Shown piece by piece: positions 54,075-64,000 of a stretch of DNA of 64,000 nt (positions within the stretch are counted from its first letter, which is position 1; every line of letters starts with the position of its first letter). The notes under the pieces were generated by a model. The model saw only the letters and a program-made list of their open reading frames with translations, did no database searches and was not told the origin of the DNA. The stretch comes from Paramoeba atlantica (taxonomy: Eukaryota; Protista; Discosea): assembly GCA_977017575.1 (NCBI GenBank), contig CDRNVI010000044.1:434001-498000 (forward strand), written 5' to 3'. The position numbers were made by a program, and so were the translations under genes.

Positions 54075-55580
54075 TCAAATCATGAGAGAATCGATCCCAC
54101 TTTCCTTTGGTGGCGCATCCTCTGGAGGATTCACACCGATGAGCTCGGGGTGAAACCGTAGCATCTCCTCATACAACATCTCTTGAAGTCCGCGACTGCG
54201 TGCGAAGGAGGTAATCTCCGTAGAGAGCAGAGAGTCCAGCTCGGGGTCCGTGTAGGCCGCAGAGCACCGTGGCTCATCTCCTGTGTCATGCAACCCCTCA
54301 AAGAAGGGATGGGTCAGACAGTCCGCCGCACTTGGGCGTTCCGAAGGAACGAAGGACAAAAGCTGAGAGAGCAGATCAAGCGCCATCGGGTTCGCTCCCG
54401 GTGACAGTCGACGTGCAAGTTGGGAGCTCGTCGGGATGTAGTCCATCGCACGCATCTTAGCCAGATACGCCCGAGCCGATGGGGTGCCCAGATCCCCAAC
54501 TCGTGCCTCACTCGGGACTCCGAGAGTACAAAGGATTTGATCCAGCTGATCCTTTGCGTTGCTACCGCGCCACAGCGGCTTACGGTGACCCGCGTCCATC
54601 ATCATCTCTGCCATCACGCAGCCCAGAGACCAGATATCCACTTTTTCATCATACGCTTGTAAACCCATAATAAGCTCGGGGGCCCTGTACCACCGGGTCT
54701 CGACATACACCGTCATGTCATCATCCGAGATCTCACGCGCGAGGCCGAAATCACAAATCACGGTGTCACAGCTGTCGTTGACCAGAATGTTTTGAGGTTT
54801 AATATCACGATGAGCGATCCCCGCGCTGTGAAGGTAGTTCACCGCGCGCAGCAGACTGTAGAGAATGTACTGCACGTGGTCGTCCGTGAGCCCCTGTCGA
54901 GGGTTGCGTAACACCGTGTGTAGATCACTGGACATCAGTTGGTGTACGGTGTAGATCCGCTCAACGTTGCGAGAGCGCAGTTGTAGGATATCTTTTAGCG
55001 CGATGAAGTTTTCCATGGTCACCCCCTCGAGGGTGAGTTGATGTTGCAGAAAGCGGACGATGCGAATTTCACGTAAGGTGCGGGATGCAACGATGTCAAA
55101 ATCGGAGAGTACATGCGGAATACGTGAGGTAATCCGTGCGGGAAGAGTAATCTGTTTAATTGCAACGGTTCGTTTCGAAGGAAGGTGCTGCGCCTTCACT
55201 ACAACGCCATAGGAACCGTTTCCAATCTGCTTGTACACTTTGTAGTCGTTTGTAACCCAGAACTCCACGGGTTTTGTCTTGGACTGTGCTATGTATTTGT
55301 GAAAGACACGGTAAGGAGCCGAAGGTTGTTTGAAGTTCGGGTCAGTGCTCTTCTCTGCTGAAGTTGCCTTTATTTCAGTTTGAGGATCTTGACTTGCAGA
55401 ATCACCTTGGCTGACATCTGCGGCTGAGTCAGAGTCAAGGTCTACAGGAGCGACGGAGCATGGGACGGTAAAAGTTTGACCCGACGAACCCACTTTGGAC
55501 GCATCCGAACTCATTGAAGTTTCAGAATGTGAATGAACTTGATCAACCGCGACGGACACTGCATTGTAGGCTTCTGTCAT
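54075..55580 (-). CDS. MAP kinase (CMGC), TxY = TVY
   Basis: IGNGSYGVV, VAIKQI, RTLREI, HRDIKPQN, DFGLAR, MTVYVETRWYRAPE. Confidence 0.93.
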   Translation of the reverse strand: MTEAYNAVSVAVDQVHSHSETSMSSDASKVGSSGQTFTVPCSVAPVDLDSDSAADVSQGDSASQDPQTEIKATSAEKSTDPNFKQPSAPYRVFHKYIAQSKTKPVEFWVTNDYKVYKQIGNGSYGVVVKAQHLPSKRTVAIKQITLPARITSRIPHVLSDFDIVASRTLREIRIVRFLQHQLTLEGVTMENFIALKDILQLRSRNVERIYTVHQLMSSDLHTVLRNPRQGLTDDHVQYILYSLLRAVNYLHSAGIAHRDIKPQNILVNDSCDTVICDFGLAREISDDDMTVYVETRWYRAPELIMGLQAYDEKVDIWSLGCVMAEMMMDAGHRKPLWRGSNAKDQLDQILCTLGVPSEARVGDLGTPSARAYLAKMRAMDYIPTSSQLARRLSPGANPMALDLLSQLLSFVPSERPSAADCLTHPFFEGLHDTGDEPRCSAAYTDPELDSLLSTEITSFARSRGLQEMLYEEMLRFHPELIGVNPPEDAPPKESGIDSLMI

Positions 55581-55722
55581 ATGGGCTACACTCCTAACAT
55601 GATACTCTGTCGTTTACTGTAAAAGGTAAAGATTTAGATGCAAATAGTTGTACATAAAAATCAATTTCCCTTTTCGCTCCACAATACCACCCATACAAAA
55701 ATCTCAATACGTTTTCTACCCC

Positions 55723-56640
55723 TCATCCCATCCCTTTCGTAAAATACGGATGTCTCAACGCCTCCTCCGCCCGCATCCGATCTGTCGATTCCACACACAG
55801 CAGCCCCCGCAACAGCTGCTCCGCCTCCGGTCCATGCTCCGCCAACGGGGGAAACACCTGCGCGAGATTCCTCACCGCACTCCACCGGGGAAAACTCCCC
55901 CCTTTCCCCCGCGCAAACGCCGGGGTCCCGACCACCTGACACACCCGCACCAGCTGGTCCGCCTCGCACTCCCCGGGGAACAGCGGGTACCCGCACATCA
56001 CCTCCCCAATCACACACCCCGCGGACCACACATCCACCTTACCATCATAAGTGGCCCGGTGGAGCAGCACCTCGGGGGCGCGGTACCAGTAGGTCATCAG
56101 GCCGACCGTTAACGGGTCCTCCCCGGGACGAAACGGCATCGGGCGGGAACTGCCAAAGTCACAAATCACTAAGGCATCGTCGGGGTGTCGGAGTAACAGG
56201 TTTTGGGGCTTTAAGTCGCGATGCATGATGCCGTGGCGGTGGATGTGGAGGAGTCCGGAGAGCAGGTGGTGGGCGAGACGCCGGACCCGGGCGGGGGGGA
56301 GGGGACCGGAGATGAGTTGGGAGGAGAGGGTGGTGGGACTGATGTACTCGAGGACGAGCTCGACGGTCATCTCGGTGGTGTTGTGGAGGAGACCGAGGAG
56401 GGTGACGACGTGGGGGTGGGGGGGGAGGGCCTGGAGGGAGGCGATCTCGCGGAGGATGGTGGGACAGAGCCCGACCACAGAGCGTTGTTTTTGGTAAAAG
56501 GTTTTGATGGCGACCACGTGGGAGGGGTTGGCGCGGTCGGTGCATTTGAAGACGGCCCCGTAGCCGCCTTTGCCGACGATTTCTTCGGATTTGTAGAGTT
56601 TGGTGTAGTTCTCGCCGGGGGGGAGGGTGACGACGAACAT
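55723..56640 (-). CDS. Cdc2-related (CDK-like) kinase
   Basis: GKGGYGAV, PTILREI (PSTAIRE position), HRDLKPQN, DFGSSR, TYWYRAPE. Confidence 0.9.
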   Translation of the reverse strand: MFVVTLPPGENYTKLYKSEEIVGKGGYGAVFKCTDRANPSHVVAIKTFYQKQRSVVGLCPTILREIASLQALPPHPHVVTLLGLLHNTTEMTVELVLEYISPTTLSSQLISGPLPPARVRRLAHHLLSGLLHIHRHGIMHRDLKPQNLLLRHPDDALVICDFGSSRPMPFRPGEDPLTVGLMTYWYRAPEVLLHRATYDGKVDVWSAGCVIGEVMCGYPLFPGECEADQLVRVCQVVGTPAFARGKGGSFPRWSAVRNLAQVFPPLAEHGPEAEQLLRGLLCVESTDRMRAEEALRHPYFTKGMG

Positions 56641-57739
56641 GGGAGGGAGAGAGGAAAAGGGAAAGAGGCAAAGGGAAAGTCCCTGGATGAAGTCCCTGGG
56701 ATGAACCCAGGGGTCCGAAAAACTTGTAAAATTTATTTATAGCAAAAAAATTAAAATATAGTGCTATATTGATGCTACAAGTACTTCAAAAACTATAAAT
56801 AAATAGGCAACCAATTTCCGCTTTCAGACTGGTACCTCGCTCGTCAGGTGGTCTATGGCAGGGAATGATCAAAGGTCAAGAGGGTGTATCAGACAAGAGG
56901 GAGTATGTCAGACAGTTTTTTCAAAAACCCATCTTCTTTGCTGCGGATGCACACCAAAACGGGTTGAAGCTTGGCAAATATCCGTTGCACGTCCGAATAT
57001 TATGAACAAGTTAGAATACGCAATATGGGAAAATCACGGAATCAACGTCGCTGAAGCGTTGGTCTTAGAACTGGAAGTAAACAACTCGATGGATTTGAAG
57101 CCAACTTTAGTTACTATTGCATCTGATAATAATGTGGTAGGCCGTAGTTTGGGTTTTAACTCTTCTTGTGGCGTTGGCATAATAATAAGCGAATTAACAC
57201 AACGAATTATTCTTGAGGGAATGAAATAGTGCACTACAGGGACTTTGGTTTCTGAAATACCTTATCTCTCTGTCTTAGTCGGAACGTGGAGTGCTGGGCC
57301 ACCTCGTCTGATGCCACGTCTGAAGATGCCACCTCGTCTTACCTCCGAACCAAGCCCAAACGTTCGTGTTACACGACCCTCAATCAGTCAACAAACCTCT
57401 GTTGAACGGCCGAGCCGTCAAACGCCGATATGAAACTCTATAGGCTAAAAAACATCTATGTTTGAGGCAATAAATCACTAAGGAATACTTTATTACACAG
57501 ATGAAAATATTTAAAATGTTATCTGTCACTCTTCAATTGTCGAAAACTCTAGGTGAAAAATATAGTTTTTCAATATATACATGAAAAAAAATGTAGCATG
57601 AAAAAAAATATAGTACTATAAAGTACTATATTTATAGCTTTTGAAGTTTTTCGGACCCCTGGATGAACCCCTTCAGTACTATTTCGCTTATCGGTATGTC
57701 AAAAATCATTGAAAGCAATCCCCCGAAGGCAAGTGAATA

Positions 57740-58450
57740 AAACCGTTTTGAGCTTTGATCGTCGACTAGAAGCCTGCGTGAAGTACAAAAGAGAAAAAAT
57801 GGATAAGTGGCAATAGTTTATAGAAAATGTGCGGTCAATGGTCCAAGAGGTAGTGGACGAGCAGACTCCATCAGATAAACCTTCACTCTTCCGATGTGAA
57901 AAAAGTTCCTGTCAACGTTCAACAGACTAATTCTGTGAGAATAGTGACGAAAAACGACAAAAAAGCCGTTTTTCTGTTTCAATGTACAACTGAGCATTCT
58001 GAGAATAATGACGTTTACTGTATACGCAAGGCGTGGTATCGTTTCTCACAAAAAATGATTGATAAAACTGTTTTGAGTTTCGATGTTCGCCTTAAAGCGT
58101 GTATAAAATTGAACAGCGAAAAAGGAAGAATGGTGTACGTCTCATTCTCTACGAGTGATTTCCCACGCGCAAATGTCGGATTTAGTGGTCTGAAAGAAAA
58201 ATACCTCAAAATAGCCGATTTTTCGATCAAATCTTTCTGTTTTTTTCGGTTTTCCAGGCTAAATTTTCTTTTTTAGCCTATATTAAACAACCACCGCGTT
58301 TAACGAAGCGACAAATTCGTTAGAATTCAGTGAATTCTACACCCTAGTAGAATTTTACTAGGTGCGCAAAGTCTATTCACTGAGATCTGCAAAATGACGC
58401 AAGAATCAGCTCAATCAGACTAACCGTACCAATTTTAAAAGGGGAGCCTT
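57740..58450 (+). mobile_element. Tc1-like 3' fragments (copy 3) with an inserted repeat
   Basis: SFDRRLEAC, IENVRSMVQEVVDE, KAWYRFSQ..ID..VLSFD.RLKAC; 58360-58420 is homologous to 51363-51410. Confidence 0.7.
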
Positions 58451-58469
58451 TTTCGAGGGGTTTAAAACA

Positions 58470-59624
58470 CTACAGTTCTTTACAAAATTTGCATTGAATA
58501 AAGCGGCGCACCATCATCTGAGTAGTTTTTCGATTAAGTTTTGAGGTTTCAATGATGCGACAGTCAATAAGTGAAAAACCGCATGATATAAAGAAGTACT
58601 TCATTGATTCAGAATTAAAAAACGTCGTCAAGGTTCCGTCGGAACGAACTTTACTGCTTAAAAATATTTCCGGAGAGGTTGAGGGCGGTGGGGGATTCGA
58701 CTCAAAAGAAGAACGCACTTCAAGAGCAGAAATTCCTTCAGTGCTATATTTATGTGAGAGTAGCGTAGTATTGTGTTTCTTAGCCGTACTATCTCCCTCT
58801 GAGTAATCCCTAACAAATACTATACCCCCGCGACGAACACAACTTCCCACATTCCTCACAGCCTGTAAAAGTCGTTCAACAGGAATAGCGCTTAGAACGA
58901 AAATTATCGTAACAGCGTCATACTTGTTGCTAGGAAGCATATTAGTGGAAAATTCATCATCGAAGAAAGTCAATAATCGGGGAGATTTTTTAGTAATGTC
59001 ACACTGTTCGGTTGTAATGCTAGGGTGCAAGTTGAAAACGTAATTTTCTCTGTGGGGACATGATGTGGAGCATGGATGCACCAAACACTGCCTGACGCAG
59101 TTTTGCGCACTCGTTCGTGCGTTGTCGGAGTTGGTTACCTTATGTTCGAGTTCAGACAGCCGCTTTCGGATAATGTATAATCCTTCTCGTGAAATGTCAA
59201 TTGCGTGGATGTGCGTCAACAAAGTAGCCGCATTGTGGCCATATTTGTGTTGGTGTGACATGTCTTTTACGATTTTGTTTGTTTGAAGAGTCAAAGGGAG
59301 AACTGTGCTCCCGATACCGCAACCAACTTCTAGAAGGGTCCTAATTCTACTGTCTTCAGCGAAAAGTTCCGAAAACTCATCAGGAAGATAAAAGCGATCG
59401 GGATACGGCTTTCCTTCGGATTGACTGCGATAAAAGTAATCCCACGCAGGGGCTGAAATCCTTGGAGTATACATAAGACGTGCTCCATTCAAACCCACGC
59501 GATTGAAGCACTCACTTGTCGTTCCAACTCCCTTACGCAAACCCATTCTATACTCAAGAATACTCCCGCGCTTCCCTGTGTATGGAACATAGGGGTCTAT
59601 GAAAGGCTGAGCCTTGTGGCACAT
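58470..59624 (-). CDS. METTL2/METTL6/Trm140-like tRNA m3C methyltransferase
   Basis: WDYFY, DRFYL..EFSEL, LLEVGCGIGS, AIDIS, CDIT, IFVLSAI, VFVRDY..GD. Confidence 0.85.
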   Translation of the reverse strand: MCHKAQPFIDPYVPYTGKRGSILEYRMGLRKGVGTTSECFNRVGLNGARLMYTPRISAPAWDYFYRSQSEGKPYPDRFYLPDEFSELFAEDSRIRTLLEVGCGIGSTVLPLTLQTNKIVKDMSHQHKYGHNAATLLTHIHAIDISREGLYIIRKRLSELEHKVTNSDNARTSAQNCVRQCLVHPCSTSCPHRENYVFNLHPSITTEQCDITKKSPRLLTFFDDEFSTNMLPSNKYDAVTIIFVLSAIPVERLLQAVRNVGSCVRRGGIVFVRDYSEGDSTAKKHNTTLLSHKYSTEGISALEVRSSFESNPPPPSTSPEIFLSSKVRSDGTLTTFFNSESMKYFFISCGFSLIDCRIIETSKLNRKTTQMMVRRFIQCKFCKEL

Positions 59625-60202
59625 TTAAAAAATCAGTTTTAAACTGGAGTACCCATGCATACACGTACGTATATCCAGAATAAACTATCAGATTGGCATT
59701 AAAATGTTACATGCACAATATGTACAGTACATGTATGTACAGTATGTATTTATTATACCCAGTTTCACAGAAAGCAACTTAACTGATGAAAGCAACTAAC
59801 TGAGAAGTCGTGTGTAGTCTCTGCCATTTTCTAAACGTTTCACAAAAAGCACCCACAGCTCTTAGCACACATGCACGTACATGACATGTACGTGTATGTA
59901 TAGGCCCTAACAGCCTAAATGAAAAGTTAAAAACCGCATCACCACTTTAAAAGTTGTTGTATTGTCCGACGGATACGGCAGAATTCTCAAAGACTGTTAA
60001 AATGGAAGTTAATAAACGAGGTCAGTGATTAAAGGACTCTTTGGCATCATGTAACCTATCATACAAGGTATAAAACTGTTTGCAAGAAGGAACGAAAGAA
60101 TTCCCCGATACGTGTGCCAAAGAATAAATTCATAAAAATGCCGACAGCTTCCTCAAAAAAGCTTCAATGCAAAGCTAAGTTGAGAGATGTACTTTAGATT
60201 CG

Positions 60203-60673
60203 TTATTGAGGCCATTGTGAATTTGTTTCATTCTGAAAATCATTGGCTGTGTGAGCACGTTGAACAATGTCGTTAATGTTATTCGTGTGTCTGACAGTTT
60301 GACGCAAAGACTCCGTGATAGATCTAAAGATAGCTTCTTTATTCTGCATGCTGGTCGCAAGGGTATCCAATGCACTTTCAAGTTCACTGACATCTCCTGC
60401 GCTGTCGATTAAGTCATCCTCCGAACAAGGTTTGAGGAGGTTGCTCATCTTGCTATGCCTTAGGACTTGCAGCTCTGATATTTTTCGCACTTCCTTAAAA
60501 ATGTCCTCTTGAGATGCACGATCTCCGAAGGCATTCATCCTTCCGGAAGTAAACTCTTCGTCGATATCTTGCAGTTCCTGTTCAATAGAATGAGACTCCT
60601 GAGAAGCCATCATGACAATTACGAAAAAAAGAGTCTTGCTATGGAGCATAAAAAAGTGTGCTTTGGCGAACAT
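60203..60673 (-). CDS. Small hypothetical coiled-coil protein
   Basis: ORF co-oriented with its neighbours; acidic, heptad-like composition. Confidence 0.55.
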   Translation of the reverse strand: MFAKAHFFMLHSKTLFFVIVMMASQESHSIEQELQDIDEEFTSGRMNAFGDRASQEDIFKEVRKISELQVLRHSKMSNLLKPCSEDDLIDSAGDVSELESALDTLATSMQNKEAIFRSITESLRQTVRHTNNINDIVQRAHTANDFQNETNSQWPQ

Positions 60674-61070
60674 TGAAAGAGATGTATCGGCTCTAATAAC
60701 AATGTTACGAACTTCTTGATTTGAAAACTTTTAAATTATCGGAAAATGGTAACAAAAATTCACGAGTTCTACACAAATGTTTCTGTCTTCAGCTTTTGCG
60801 TCACAAATAAGAGCGTGTATTCAACACACTTTTTGAAGTATTCAATTACTTCTTATGCTATCTCATGCGCAGATCGCAGAACCCCATTCAGCCCCTGATC
60901 ACTGAACGGGTGCCTGCGACACCTGCGCATCCCCCCGTTGTGTGTGCCACAGCTATCACAACACAATGTACATTCAATGTATGTATAATACATACATTGA
61001 ATCCGTAATACAGTATTACGGAAGCGTGAAAATTAGTAGTAAAAGAAATCCACTACATTGCACGTGCCTA

Positions 61071-62630
61071 TTACACGTATAGCGTGTGACAGTGAACTGA
61101 AGACGGATTGACACCGTCCTCTAGATGCTCAGATGAAGTATTATAAATTTGTGATGTGTTCCAGCGCGAAAATGTTGGAAACGAAGTTGGTAAAGAATAA
61201 TCTGAAGCGCCGGAGACAGAACCCATTGCGGAACAAATAGGATCAATCTCATATCGAGAAGTAGTTTGCCTAGTCTTCGTTTGTAGCGTGAAACACCAAT
61301 CAGTAGAGGTAGTATTCAAAAAGTCAAAGTGTTTGTTGATGACCAACTCTTGAAATATGTTTTCTTGTTGAAGTTGCACAAAATCGCGTTTATCTTCATT
61401 TACGGAAGTAAAATTCATGCTCAAGAACGATTTGAGGAGAACTCTAATTAATAAATTATTGACCTCCGCACCATAATGGTGCCCGTCACTCAACAAGACA
61501 GGCCTTGGTCGATCTTGAAGCAATTTAGAGCCATTTTCAGAAAATTTCGCTTCTGCGCTTTGAATTAAAGATGTAATGGGATAAGTATCTATCATCCAGA
61601 TCGTGTTGAGTAGTCTTGGATACGAGGTATCGAAAGGCACAGAAGTTTGAGAAATGCCATTTTCTTGATTTTCTGCGTTATATCGGTAAGCGGCGCAGTA
61701 ATGCAGCGCACGATACAAATGCTGCCGTGACTCACTGAAGCAATGTAACAATTGTTCTGCCTTAGTTCGATTGACGTAAGAAGTGTCCGGTGGATAAAAT
61801 TTATTTAAATTCATGAAATAAAGGGCTGCGTCGGGAAACATTTCTGAGAGTAGTTTGAATTCCATTTGCAGCTTCGAAACGTAGAGGAATGGATCAGTGT
61901 CTCGATAAAGCATATGCCACGCCCCGCTATTTACCACTACGACGTCAAAGTGTGCTGGATTTATACGAAACAGAAGGGGGGCTGAACGATTAAAAAGACA
62001 CAGACCACTAGAGGTACGATCCGCTTCATCAAAAAAGGTGAAATAAGACTTTATGGCGTTGATCCAACCAAATGTTGACCACAGAAAAGTAACGCGAATA
62101 TTAGATTTGTTGAGAAAGTATTCGTGAGATCCATGACGCACTGTTTCAATTGCTGTGGTATTCCCTCCAAATAATTGAAGAAAGGCAACGACCAGTGTGC
62201 GTAAATGAGAATTTCCTACAAAAAGAAAAGACTTTCCAACGGCATTGGACAAAATCTGGTGAAGCAGCTCAGAACTCGGATTTTTCACATCGCCGTTTTC
62301 GCATATCTCAGAGAGAGATTTTAAAGAGTAGGGCAGCGTTTCGTATAAAGCATACTCCCACTTTGAATTGATCCAGAGTGTTTTCCCACCAGGAACTACC
62401 ATTGGGTTACCACACCCGGCAGAAAATTTGGCTTTGGTCGCTACATTCTGATGTGAAGACGAGGTTCGCTGCAAATCTAGATCGAACTTGTGCTTAGGTT
62501 TTTCATTAAACGTCCCTCCGTAACTTAGACTTTCATGATAGAAAAGCATTAACACAAATACGCAAGGAATGAAATCGGTAACGGTTATCCTTTCACCCGA
62601 AGACTCTGCATTACTGGCGCTTGATTCCAT
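61071..62630 (-). CDS. SGNH/PC-esterase-like protein with an N-terminal TM segment
   Basis: FLFVGNSHLR (GDS-like), VVVNSGAWH, LSDGHHY (DxxH). Confidence 0.7.
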   Translation of the reverse strand: MESSASNAESSGERITVTDFIPCVFVLMLFYHESLSYGGTFNEKPKHKFDLDLQRTSSSHQNVATKAKFSAGCGNPMVVPGGKTLWINSKWEYALYETLPYSLKSLSEICENGDVKNPSSELLHQILSNAVGKSFLFVGNSHLRTLVVAFLQLFGGNTTAIETVRHGSHEYFLNKSNIRVTFLWSTFGWINAIKSYFTFFDEADRTSSGLCLFNRSAPLLFRINPAHFDVVVVNSGAWHMLYRDTDPFLYVSKLQMEFKLLSEMFPDAALYFMNLNKFYPPDTSYVNRTKAEQLLHCFSESRQHLYRALHYCAAYRYNAENQENGISQTSVPFDTSYPRLLNTIWMIDTYPITSLIQSAEAKFSENGSKLLQDRPRPVLLSDGHHYGAEVNNLLIRVLLKSFLSMNFTSVNEDKRDFVQLQQENIFQELVINKHFDFLNTTSTDWCFTLQTKTRQTTSRYEIDPICSAMGSVSGASDYSLPTSFPTFSRWNTSQIYNTSSEHLEDGVNPSSVHCHTLYV

Positions 62631-63441
62631 CGCTCGATTCGTACTGAAGAGTCAGAAGAGCATGATTTACATGTATTGGATGTAGATGGGACGCATAAAA
62701 TAACGTTTCCAAAAACACTTGTATTCATCGCACGAATAATACAGTTGTACCAGTTCAATCATTAGACGTGATTAGTACTTATTTAGTAGTATAAGATTTA
62801 GTACTATAAGATAGTATTAGTACTGATGTATAGTATTAGTACTGTATTGCATGATGGATGAGAGACAACAAAATTAATAAAACAAAAAACATAGAATCAG
62901 AATATTTAAATGCGTTTGTATCAAGGCGGAGCCGAGCGATATGATACGCAACTTTCGCATACCATTCTACAGTATTAAAGGACAGAGCTTTCAAAAAAAC
63001 GTTAACAATTTTTTTTAGTGTAAATGTAAGATTTAAAATAAATGTAAGAAAATCGAAATATAATGAAATTTGAGCCCAGAAAAGGAAGACAAACGTTGCA
63101 TGAGGTAAGTAAAACGTATACTGTATATGACATCAAAGCAGTGAGTTACCGGGTCGAAAAAACTAGACAATGAATTCTTCAGACACTTTGAAAAGGGTAT
63201 ACTTTGAAAGTGTGCTTGAACTACATACTCTTAATTATAAAGAACTGTTCTCAAAAGCTCCACCATGACACACACGAAAAGTAATGCAAATAGAACAAAG
63301 TGCTATATTCTGTGAAAGAGTGCAGCCAAAAGACTCTTAGCGAAGAAATAACTTCCAAAAACGTTGTTATCTAAGGTTCAATTACCAAGGTTTCTTAATC
63401 TTCTCTGGTTCTCGAGTAGTTGCCTTCGACTTACTTATTTG

Positions 63442-64000
63442 TTAACTAGGAATAGGCGGAGCTTCTGAAGCGGGAGATTTACAGAAAGCTTCATCATTGC
63501 AGTGAACGAATCCAAGGGGAGTATGAGGATTATTGCAGTAAGCGTTAAACTCAGGGTTGTAAAGAGGACGCACTCGATTTTCCCTAAGTCTGGCACGAAA
63601 GTATCGTCTTATGACTCGTGAAGGTTCCATCTCGTGCAATCTTTCAGAAACTTGATTGCAAGAAGACAAATTAGAAATTCCGTTATGAGAAGTCTCCGAT
63701 GGAGGAGCCCAGTTTTCCCAAATTCTATCAGATTCTGCAATGATTTCTTCAGTAGCCTGCTCACATCCAGAGATGGCGCGAGAATATAATTTCGCCGTGG
63801 GAATTTTAGATGGGGCTGTTGATAAATTTGGAAATAGAACATCTACTGCGCGTTTATCTGAAAAATCCTTTGATTTGAATGTGTTCACGTTATCAGACAA
63901 TTTCGGCTCACTGGAACTTAGAGGGGCAACACCGGAAGCATTGTTACATGTCGCCTGCTTGGTGGCTGCTTGAGGGCTTGAGTGGTCGAACGGACATTGT
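63442..64000 (-). CDS. Hypothetical protein, partial
   Basis: Frame is open to the window edge; no recognised motif. Confidence 0.5.
   Translation of the reverse strand, partial: QCPFDHSSPQAATKQATCNNASGVAPLSSSEPKLSDNVNTFKSKDFSDKRAVDVLFPNLSTAPSKIPTAKLYSRAISGCEQATEEIIAESDRIWENWAPPSETSHNGISNLSSCNQVSERLHEMEPSRVIRRYFRARLRENRVRPLYNPEFNAYCNNPHTPLGFVHCNDEAFCKSPASEAPPIPS

Noticed and set aside
56855-57433. + strand ORFs as genes
   Set aside because: Short, antisense to the gene block, no recognisable motifs
59770-59810. CTGATGA hammerhead core
   Set aside because: Part of a short tandem duplication (GAAAGCAACTAACTGA) with no stems

Overview
Eukaryotic DNA, most likely a kinetoplastid (Euglenozoa). 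The genes are intronless and co-oriented in long blocks, and two stretches match the kinetoplastid spliced-leader (SL) exon. A Perkinsela-like lineage is a guess only. Layout: (1) 1-5064, a + strand block with ABCG, RPB5, thymidylate kinase and an EngB-like GTPase; (2) about 5.1-25.4 kb, a convergent strand-switch region filled with decayed APE-RT-RNaseH non-LTR retrotransposons, a tRNA-headed SINE, an RLE-endonuclease fragment, MITEs, tandem arrays and two SL-bearing retrocopies; (3) 25.4-40.9 kb, a - strand block that includes LSm2-like, SmD3, SmE and Tat-SF1; (4) about 41-51.5 kb, an island of decayed DNA transposons (Tc1/IS630 DD35E, hAT-like, pogo plus Ulp1 protease) and MITEs; (5) 51.5-64 kb, a - strand block with LRR, LMBR1, MAPK, CDK-like, METTL2/6-like and SGNH-like genes. 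The best candidate for an undescribed system is retroposition of SL-trans-spliced RNAs: one full SL + about 620 nt + poly(A) copy with a candidate TSD, and one structured SL-capped element whose SL exon is split by an insertion. All calls were made by eye, and no database searches were run.
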